This document shows positions 9,655 through 18,086 of a DNA stretch of 18,086 nt, piece after piece (within the stretch, counting starts at the first letter, position 1; the number at the start of each line of letters is the position of its first letter). The notes below the pieces were generated by a model that was not told the origin of the DNA, searched no databases, and worked only from the letters and a program-made list of their open reading frames with translations. A program made the translations under genes and the position numbers. The stretch comes from Myxococcales bacterium (GTDB taxonomy: Bacteria; Myxococcota; Myxococcia; Myxococcales; Anaeromyxobacteraceae): positions 1-18,086 of the forward strand of contig JBBQEB010000071.1 of NCBI GenBank assembly GCA_038320275.1, written 5' to 3'.

Positions 9655-9781
9655 GGGCGAGACCTCACGGTAGAGGGTTCGACATAGGGCATGCACCCTG
9701 CCGACGCCTGCCATCCGCGGGTCTCCTCGGCGGAGGCAGAGCCCCCGCGCAGCCCACAGAGCGGAGACCACTTGATCTGAT

Positions 9782-9917
9782 CCCTGCTGCGGCGCACGCT
9801 GCCTGCCTGCGCCGGTCAGACTCGTCGGTCCGCTGCTCGACGTACCTTCCAGCTACGCCTCCGCTGCTCCCTCCTCGTGTGCCCGGCTCGTCGACGGCAT
9901 CGTGTGCCTCGCGACGG
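9782..9917. repeat. Nested imperfect palindrome, candidate REP/MITE-like element or structured RNA
   Basis: Arms 9791-9803/9896-9908 (11/13) and 9811-9821/9877-9887 (9/11), central GACGTA..TACGCC stem, direct repeat TCCGCTGCTC at 9829-9838 and 9860-9869. Confidence 0.55.
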
Positions 9918-9965
9918 GCTCAGACCAAGTCGGCTCCGCTGTCCTGGATCTGTACAATGCGGCGC

Positions 9966-10412
9966 ATGGACCGACGGGCGAGCTGGGACGCGTACTTCAT
10001 GAACATCGCGCACCAGGTGGCGACGCGCGCCACCTGCGATCGGAAGCACGTCGGCGCGGTGCTGGTGCGCGACAAGACCATCCTCTCCACCGGCTACAAC
10101 GGCTCCATCCGCGGGCTGCCCCACTGCAGCGAGGTGGGCCACATGATGGAGGACGGACACTGCGTGGCGACCGTCCACGCCGAGGCGAATGCCATCATCC
10201 AGGCCGCGAAGAACGGGGTCGCCATCGACGGCGCCACCATCTACACCACGGCGTCACCCTGCTGGCCCTGCTTCAAGCTCATCGGCAACTCGGGCTGCAG
10301 CCGGATCGTGTTCGGGGAGTTCTACCGGGACGAGCGCATCTTCGACCACGCGAAGAAGCTCGGCATCGAGCTGGTGGCGCTCAGCGAGGGCCCGGGACCG
10401 GGACCGGGGTGA
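9966..10412 (+). CDS. dCMP deaminase / ComEB-family zinc-dependent deaminase (148 aa)
   Basis: SWDAYFM, RATCDRKHVGAVLV, STGYNG, HAEANAI (HxE), PCWPC (PCxxC). Confidence 0.93.
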   Translation: MDRRASWDAYFMNIAHQVATRATCDRKHVGAVLVRDKTILSTGYNGSIRGLPHCSEVGHMMEDGHCVATVHAEANAIIQAAKNGVAIDGATIYTTASPCWPCFKLIGNSGCSRIVFGEFYRDERIFDHAKKLGIELVALSEGPGPGPG

Positions 10413-11904
10413 CGCTTCCGGCGTCGGCTCCCAGGGTGGGAGCGGCCGGGGCCGTGCCCTCGAGGTCCTCCCCCAGCACCGCTGCGATGGCGGCCTTGCG
10501 CGAGCGATAGAGCTCCTCGCGCTGCCGCAGCTTCACGTAGCGTCCGCGACCGCCCGGCGGGACGGGGTCGGGAAAGGAGGCCAGCTCCGCCCGCACCTCC
10601 GCCAGCGCCCGGTCGAGCGACACCACGCGGATGGAGGTCTTTGCCCCGCGCGTCCGCCGCTCCGGGTCGGCGGTGTCGTTCTCCGTCCACAGCGGCAGCC
10701 AGTCGACGCCCGCCAGCTCGGTGCGGATCACCCCGCGGCCATAGTCGCGGCGCGCGAGCTGGGCGCGCAGGAGGACGCCGTCGCGGGTCGCCGCAACGCT
10801 CTCCGGCGTGGCGCCGTGCACGTAATTGCGCGACTGGTTCGAGACGAAGTTGCCGAGCGAGTAGGCGATGAGCGCCGTGCGGCCGTCGGCGCGCGAATAG
10901 AGCTCCACCGGCTGGAGGACGTGTGGATGGTGGCCCAGGATCACGAGGGCCCCTGCGTCGGCGAGGCGGTGGGCCAGCTCCACGTCCGCCGCGCGCGGCT
11001 GCCCCTCGTACTCGACGCCCCAGTGCAGCGATACGACGACCGCGTCGGCCACCCTCGCCGCTGCCTCCACCTCGGCGACCGCCCGGCGCGGGTCGAGCAG
11101 GGAGGCCTTGAGGCAGGCCTTGCCCCCGCGCCGCGCGGCGGGCGGACAGTCGTTGCCGTCCTGATTGAAGAAGCTCGCGTAGCCCAGGAACGCGATGCGG
11201 ATGCCGTTCACCTCGAGGACGCGCGGGCCCGACTCGCGCCCGGCCTCGCCGCCGCCCACCGCCGCCACGCCCGCCGCCTGCACCTCCGTCAGCGTCTCCT
11301 CGAACCCCGCCCGTCCCTGGTCGAAGGCGTGGTTGTTCGCGACGCTCACCACCCGGACGCCCGCGCCACGGAGCGCCTTCACCATGGCGGGCGGCGCGTT
11401 GAAGACGAAGCTGCGCGTCGCGCCGCCGGAGCGCGGGGCCACCGGCGTCTCGAGGTTCGCGAAGGTGAGATCGGGCGCGGCGAGGAGGTCGGCGATGGGT
11501 GCCCACAGCCAGCCGAAACCGTCCCGAGGCCCAGGGCCCGCGTGGGCCGCCGCGGCGTCCTTCACCGCTCCGTGAGGGAGGACGTCACCCGTCGCGGCGA
11601 GGCGCACCCGCGCCAGGGTGCGCACCTCGGGCGACGGCGGAGAGACCGGATGGAGGGGTCCGCCCGCGTCCGCGGCCACGCGTTCCGGCGTCGCCTCCTG
11701 CCCCACCGCGGGCCCGGGCGCGAGGACGCTGCCCGCCGGAGGGTCGCCGCTGGTCGGGCCGGCTCCCACGCGGGAGCGGGTTCCTGCACACCCCGCAAGG
11801 AGCGCGCAACCGAGCAGAACGGCCCCCAGAACGACCGGGCCGTTCGAGCGAACACCCCGAATTCCAGTCGCGGTCGTCGGCGGGTGGAAGAAAATGGAGT
11901 GCAT
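10381..11904 (-). CDS. CapA/PGA_cap-family metallophosphatase-like lipoprotein (507 aa)
   Basis: Lipobox LLAGC; ATGDVLPH, FANLETPV, VANNHAFDQG, VSLHWGVEY, ILGHHPHVLQP, IAYSLGNFVS. This is the last 507 aa of ORF 10381..14022. Confidence 0.88.
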   Translation of the reverse strand: MHSIFFHPPTTATGIRGVRSNGPVVLGAVLLGCALLAGCAGTRSRVGAGPTSGDPPAGSVLAPGPAVGQEATPERVAADAGGPLHPVSPPSPEVRTLARVRLAATGDVLPHGAVKDAAAAHAGPGPRDGFGWLWAPIADLLAAPDLTFANLETPVAPRSGGATRSFVFNAPPAMVKALRGAGVRVVSVANNHAFDQGRAGFEETLTEVQAAGVAAVGGGEAGRESGPRVLEVNGIRIAFLGYASFFNQDGNDCPPAARRGGKACLKASLLDPRRAVAEVEAAARVADAVVVSLHWGVEYEGQPRAADVELAHRLADAGALVILGHHPHVLQPVELYSRADGRTALIAYSLGNFVSNQSRNYVHGATPESVAATRDGVLLRAQLARRDYGRGVIRTELAGVDWLPLWTENDTADPERRTRGAKTSIRVVSLDRALAEVRAELASFPDPVPPGGRGRYVKLRQREELYRSRKAAIAAVLGEDLEGTAPAAPTLGADAGSVTPVPVPGPR

Positions 11905-11950
11905 GGCCGTCCCTTCATCACGTCGGGCGGTAAAAAGGTAAACGACCCTG

Positions 11951-12873
11951 ATGATATCTGAAGGAAGCGCCTTCCTCGACCGCTCGGGCCGGGTCCTCGC
12001 GATGGACGCGAGCTTCCGGGCGCAGCTCCGCCTCGGCGCGGGAGACCCCTCGGTCGCCCTGCACGAGCGCGCGCGAACCGAGCCCGCGCTCTCCTCGCTC
12101 CTCGCCGGCGAGGGCCCCGACGCGGCCAGGCTGGCCGGCTCCGAGGAGAGGGGCGAGAGCGGTTGCGAGCTGACCCGCGTGCCGGGGAGCGGTGGCCTGC
12201 TCCTGCACGCGCGGCGCTCCGCGGCGGCGCTGCCCGCGCCCGCCATCGAGTACGCCATGCAGGCGCTGGCGCTGGCGCGGCTTGCCGCAAGCGTCTCCCA
12301 CGAGGTGAAGAACCCGCTCAACGCGATGGCGCTCCAGGTGGCGCTCCTGGGGGACAAGATCGGGAGCTCGAGTGAAGCGCTCGCCACCGCCTGCGCCAAC
12401 AACCTCGCCTCCCTGAAGACGCAGATCGGCCGGGTGAACGAGGTCGTGCGCCGCTTCCTCGACGTCGCCGACCCGGCGCCGGCGTCCTCCTTCGACGCGG
12501 GCGCGCTCCTCGCCGACGCGGCGGTCCTCTTCGTCCACGAGGCGCGCCGCCGGCGCTTCACGCTGTCCTGCGACGCTTCCGGCGGAAGCGTGCGCGCGCA
12601 CGCCGATCCGGCGAGGACGGCGAGGCTCATCGTGGGCTTGCTCTGGCGCGCGGTGGCGGGCACGCCGGAGGGCGGCAGCCTCGTGGCGAGCGCCCACGCG
12701 ACGGGCGAGGAGGCGGTCCTGGCACTGGAGGGGGCGCCCGGGACGCTGGCGGGGCCGCTGGCCTGGATCGGCGGCGTAGCGGCCGCGTCGGCTGGGGAGA
12801 TGGGCGGCCGGCTGGTGGAGATGTCCAGCGAGGTCGCCGACCGGGTGGTGCTCGTGCTGCCGAGGGAGCTGTC

Positions 12874-12877
<4 letters not shown>
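11951..12877 (+). CDS. Atypical cytoplasmic histidine kinase: PAS-like N-terminus, intact H-box, degenerate ATP-binding domain (308 aa); Nla6S-like
   Basis: H-box SVSHEVKNPLNAM (His117). N-box position reads GLLWRAV, no DxGxG, no GxGLGL, residual EMGGRL...VVLVLP. Its stop overlaps the next start (GTGA). Confidence 0.8.
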
Positions 12878-14293
<1,416 letters not shown>

Positions 14294-14304
<11 letters not shown>

Positions 14305-16039
14305 GGCCGCCGTCCTCCACCACCCCGTCCCGCCCGGCGCGCTTGGCGGCGTAGAGCGCGGCGTCGGCCCGGCGCACCATCTGCTCGCCGGTCTCGTCCG
14401 GGGGGTCGTCGCCCAGCGCGCCCACGCCGAACGAGGCTGCCAGGGGCAGGCGGTGCCCGTGCACGTGCACCTGGGACTCGCGGAGCCGGGCGCGCACGCG
14501 CTCGGCGAAGATGCGCGCCTCGCCAGCGCTGGTGTGGGGAAGAAGCACCACGAACTCGTCTCCGCCGTAGCGCGCGCCGAAGTCGGTCTCGCGCAGCTCC
14601 CGCCGGATGAGCTCGGCCAGGGAGGCGATGGCGACGTCGCCGGCCACGTGGCCGAGCTCGTCGTTGATGGGCTTCAGACGGTCCATGTCCACCATCACGC
14701 AGGCGAGCGGCGTGTGGTAGCGGTGCGCCCGCTTCACCTCCTCCTCCAGGCGCGCGCGGAAGGCGCGCACGTTTGCGAGGCCGGTGAGAGGATCGGTGCG
14801 GGCCAGTTCCTGCAGGTGCGTCTCGCGGCGGGCGGAGCGCAGGGTGCGCTCGATACGCGACTTCAGCTCCCGGCCGGAGAAGGGCTTCTGGAGGAAGTCG
14901 ACCGCTCCCAGGTCGAGGGTGCGGGAGCGGGTGAGCTCGTCGCCGCGCCCGGAGATGAAGATGACCGGCACGTCCGAGGTGCGCGGATCGACGCGCAGGG
15001 CCTCCAGCGCAGCCATCCCGTCCAGCCGCGGCATGTAGAGGTCCATGAGGACGAGGTCGGGGCGGCTCGCCACGGCCGAGTCGATGGCCTCCTGGCCGTC
15101 GCCCGCGAGCTCGACCTCGTAGTCCTCCGCGAGGGTCATCGCGAGCGCCTCGCGCGCATCGGGATCGTCGTCCACCACCAGGAGTCGAGCCTTGCCCTCC
15201 CGCTCGGCCGTCGAGGCGGGCGGCACGGGCCTGGGCGCCTCGGGGGCAGCTTCCAGGGGCAGGGTGAGGCGCGCGGAACGGCCGGTCGCGCTCGCGCGCA
15301 CGTCGAGCGAGCCGCCGTGGAGCTCCGCCAGCCCGCGGCAGACCGCGGTGACGAGGCCGAGGCCGGCGAGCCGCTCCGCGGGCCGGGCGGCCGCCTGCGG
15401 GGCGCCGGAGCCCGCGGGCCTTCCGTCCTCCACCGTGACCCGGACGCCTTCCGGGGCCCCCTCCGCGGCGATGCGCACCACCGCGCCCGGGGCCGTCACC
15501 GCGAGCGCGGAGGCGAGCAGCGCGTCCACCACCTCTCGCATCCTGCTCCGATCGGCCGAGACCCGGAGCGGCGCGGGGGGGAGCTCCACCACGAGCTCGA
15601 CCCCGCGAGACGTCGCGCTCGCGCCAGCGGTCGCCACCCCAGCCCTCAGCAGCTCGCCCAGGTCGACCGACTCGCGCAGGAGCTGGATGCGGCCCGCGTC
15701 GAGCGCCGCCAGCGCGGTCAGCGCCTCGGCCACCGCTGCGGCCCGGTTGGCCTGGCGTTCCATGGAGGAGAGGGTGCGGAGAACCGAGGGTGAAAGAGAC
15801 TCTGCCTCGCGGCGAATGCGCGCAATCTGCCGCCGCAGGGCCTCGATGGGGGCGCGGAGGTCCTCGCCTGCCGCGGCGAGCAGGTCGGCCCTGCGCTGCT
15901 CGTCGGGCGCGGCCGGAGCAGCTCCCTCACCGGGGCGCACCTGGGCCAGCAGCGAAGCGCGCAGGAGTAGCGCGGGATCCCTGTCGCTCGCCTCGTCCCG
16001 GAGCGCCTCGCTCGCCATGCGCTGTGCGTCGTCGCCCAT
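14294..16039 (-). CDS. Diguanylate cyclase: degenerate HisKA/HATPase, REC, GGDEF (581 aa)
   Basis: Pseudo H-box AGEDLRAPI; LHGGSLDV; REC LVVDDD, LMDLYMP, FLQKPF; TDPLTGLAN, DMDRLKPINDELGH, I-site RETD, active site RYGGDEF. GGGAG RBS before ATG 16039. Confidence 0.9.
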
Positions 16040-16144
16040 GAGCTCCCGCGGCTTCCCTGCCGCGCAGTCCAATATCATGCTTGGTGCGCTGGCGCGCAGG
16101 GAACGCCCCTGCGAAGGATTTCGGGGCTCGGCCTGGGCGACGGT

Positions 16145-16867
16145 TCAGCGGTAGGTCGCCCGGCGACCCGGCTTGAACCCTGGCGGCATCATCTGCGGCG
16201 GCGACTCCACGCCAAAGTTGTACCACTCCATGTAAAGCTTCCCGATCTTGAGCCGCTTGCCGTTCTGCAGGGCCTGCAGGCCCGACTTCAGCTTCTCGTC
16301 CGTCCCGTTGGCCGCGACGCCCCGCCCGAGCACGCGAACAGCCTCGTCGTGGCGCCCCTCGCGCTCCAGGAACCACGCGTAGGCGCACCAGAGCAGCCCC
16401 TGCTTGGCATTGCCGCGCGCCTTCAGCGTCGACTCGAACACCTCCTGCATGCCCGCCAGATCCTTCTTCCGCCAGCGGGCGATGGCGAGCATCAGGCGGG
16501 CGGGCCACTGCGAGGCGGCGGCGGCCTCGAGGTGCGGCAGGGCCGCCTCCGTGTCGCCCTTCCACCAGTGGAACTGACCGATGAGGGCGGCCACGGCCGC
16601 GCGGGCCCCGAAGAGCCAGGGGGCGAGGGAGAGGGCTCCACGCGCAATCTGGACCGCGCGGTCAAATCTGCGCGCCTGCGCCTCGGCGATGGCGGCATCG
16701 ACGATGGCGGTCAGCCTGCGCTGCGCGCGCATGTTGAGCGCAACGTAGGCGATGGCGAGCGCGAGCAGTCCTGGAACGATGGAACCCACCCAGCCCACGC
16801 TCGTGCCGAACCGGATGGCCAGCGCGACGAGGAGCCCCGCCGCGACGCTGAGGAGGAGGTTGTACAT
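16145..16867 (-). CDS. Membrane-anchored TPR-like protein with two N-terminal TM helices (240 aa)
   Basis: Hydrophobic N-terminus MYNLLLSVAAGLLVALAI...GLLALAIAYVAL; TPR-like helices such as LWCAYAWFLEREGRHDEAVRVLGRG. Confidence 0.78.
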   Translation of the reverse strand: MYNLLLSVAAGLLVALAIRFGTSVGWVGSIVPGLLALAIAYVALNMRAQRRLTAIVDAAIAEAQARRFDRAVQIARGALSLAPWLFGARAAVAALIGQFHWWKGDTEAALPHLEAAAASQWPARLMLAIARWRKKDLAGMQEVFESTLKARGNAKQGLLWCAYAWFLEREGRHDEAVRVLGRGVAANGTDEKLKSGLQALQNGKRLKIGKLYMEWYNFGVESPPQMMPPGFKPGRRATYR

Positions 16868-16961
16868 GCGTTCACCGGATGGGGAGGAGCACAGGGGATA
16901 CACGGCGCCCGCTCGCGGTCGCAAGCGAAAACGCGCCGCTGACGACGCCGTCCATCGCGGT

Positions 16962-17045
16962 TGGCCCTCCCCGGACTCGAACCGGGACGGGGGGTTACCC
17001 CACTCGATTTTGAGTCGAGCGCGTCTACCATTCCGCCAGAGGGCC
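16962..17045 (-). tRNA. tRNA-Leu (anticodon CAA), 84 nt, CCA not encoded
   Basis: Acceptor GGCCCTC/GAGGGCC, D-loop AATGGTAGA, anticodon arm CTCGA-CTCAAAA-TCGAG, long variable arm GGGG-TAA-CCCC, T-arm CCCGG-TTCGAGT-CCGGG, discriminator A. Confidence 0.96.
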
Positions 17046-17056
17046 GAAGGCGGGGG

Positions 17057-17072
17057 AACCTACCAAAAAAAG
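17057..17072 (-). promoter_or_regulatory. Putative extended -10 promoter for the tRNA (TGgTAGGTT) preceded by a T-tract
   Basis: Minus strand reads a T-run, then GG-TAGGTT, then a GC-rich discriminator, ending 11 nt before the tRNA 5' end. Confidence 0.5.
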
Positions 17073-17169
17073 GATTTGTGTGCACGCAGGGGTTCCAGAT
17101 AGTAACTCACCCCAAAAGCGAGCGGGCCCGCGCCAATCGTGCGGGCAATTCCCGCGCGAGGAGATGCAC

Positions 17170-17556
17170 ATGGCGAGGCGGGCGACCAGCGGCGGTTCCA
17201 TCGACGAGATCCTCCGCAGCGCGATGGAGCCGGTGCTCCGGCGCGCCTCCGCGTCCATCGCCAAGGCCATCGCAGACATGGCGGCGGAGCACGTGGACGC
17301 CGAGCTCCAGGGCGCCGCCTCGCGCGGCCGCGGCCGTCGCCCCGGGAAGCGTGGCACGGCCAAAGTGCGCGGCGGGCGCCCCTCGCGCGGCCGCACGGAG
17401 CTCACGCGCTGGGTCTCGGATCGGCGCGCGCGCCGGGTGCCCAACTTCGTCATCGAACAGACGAACGGCCTCGACACCAAGAAGAAGATCGTCGCGAAGT
17501 ACGGCGAGAACATCCTGTTCGAGCTCGGCAAGCCGCCGCCCAAGCCGAAGGCGTAG
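17170..17556 (+). CDS. Small basic hypothetical protein (128 aa), candidate nucleoid-associated protein
   Basis: GAGGAG RBS 6 nt before ATG 17170; strong GC3 codon bias; amphipathic helical N-terminus, R/G/K linker, compact C-terminal domain. Confidence 0.8.
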   Translation: MARRATSGGSIDEILRSAMEPVLRRASASIAKAIADMAAEHVDAELQGAASRGRGRRPGKRGTAKVRGGRPSRGRTELTRWVSDRRARRVPNFVIEQTNGLDTKKKIVAKYGENILFELGKPPPKPKA

Positions 17557-17577
17557 CGACCCGCCGCGGGGCGCCGC

Positions 17578-17958
17578 TCAGCCCTCCGACTTCGCCGTCT
17601 TGGGGGCTGGCTTCGCTTCCGCCGCAGGTTTGGCGGCGGCGGGCTTGTCTGCGCTGGAGGGCGCCGGAGCCGCACCGCCCGGCGCGGGCGAGGCGCCCGG
17701 CTTGGCAGCTTCGCCGCCGCCCTTCTCACCGTTGCCCTTGTCGCCGTTGCCCTTGTCGCCGCCGACCTCCTTCTTCGTCGAGGAGTAAAGGTCGGCGTAC
17801 CACCCGCCGCCCTTGAGCTGGAAGGCTGTGCGGGACACCGCCTTGGAGAGCTGGGCGGAGCCGCAGGCGGCGCAGGCCGCGGGCTGCGGATCGCTCACCT
17901 TCTGCATCACCTCGGTCAGCTTGCCGCAGGCGGCGCACACATATTCGTAGATCGGCAC
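17578..17958 (-). CDS. FmdB-family zinc-ribbon protein with low-complexity tail (126 aa)
   Basis: (M)PIYEYVCAACG...ACAACGS..LSKAVSRTAFQLKGGGWY. A 15-bp tandem duplication at 17729-17758 encodes GDKGNGDKGNG. Confidence 0.9.
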   Translation of the reverse strand: MPIYEYVCAACGKLTEVMQKVSDPQPAACAACGSAQLSKAVSRTAFQLKGGGWYADLYSSTKKEVGGDKGNGDKGNGEKGGGEAAKPGASPAPGGAAPAPSSADKPAAAKPAAEAKPAPKTAKSEG

Positions 17959-18086
17959 GGGAGGATCATAATCGCCGCCGCGAGCCTTTGGCCATGGCGC
18001 GTCGCGCTCCGAGACCGCGAGTGAAGGACCGGACCGGGCTGCGTGGACGGGAGGGATCTCCTGCGGTGTCACAGAGGAGAACACTG

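Noticed and set aside
9966..10412. Anti-phage dCTP deaminase defence gene
   Set aside because: It is a short stand-alone ComEB/dCMP deaminase without kinase or other accessory domains, in a housekeeping context.
16868..17045. tRNA-Leu as an occupied integration site
   Set aside because: No integrase, no duplicated tRNA 3' end and no compositional shift downstream.
16962..17045. bldA-like regulatory tRNA
   Set aside because: The anticodon is CAA (reads UUG), not UAA. UUG codons occur in ordinary genes here, and a missing encoded CCA is common.
18070..18086. GAGGAG RBS-like motif at the window edge, suggesting a plus-strand gene starting just beyond
   Set aside because: No coding sequence is visible within the window, so it cannot be supported.

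Overview
Very GC-rich chromosomal window that reads like a myxobacterium, probably Anaeromyxobacter-like. This is inferred from gene content (AgmX/PglI-type protein, lidless Hsp70, orphan second clpX, many signalling genes). It holds about 17 protein genes and one tRNA-Leu(CAA): larE, a ribbon-helix-helix (RHH) protein, truA, a GYF_2-TM-AgmX/PglI protein, a conserved hypothetical, clpX, a DUF6600-like exported protein, Hsp70, an exported OB-fold-like protein, dCMP deaminase, a CapA-family lipoprotein, an atypical histidine kinase plus sigma54 response regulator, a pseudokinase-REC-GGDEF diguanylate cyclase, a membrane TPR-like protein, a small basic protein and an FmdB zinc ribbon. I see no integrase, transposase, CRISPR array or defence island. 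The most interesting signals are: (1) a signalling block in which both kinase-like modules are degenerate; (2) a 128-aa basic protein beside the tRNA with H-NS/MvaT-like architecture; (3) a ~135-bp nested-palindrome intergenic element; (4) repeated -10-box/6-7 nt/start-codon spacing suggesting leaderless mRNAs; (5) a 13-bp inverted-repeat operator over the promoter of the RHH gene; (6) a ClpX with altered substrate-recognition loops. All family calls come from reading motifs by eye; no searches were run.
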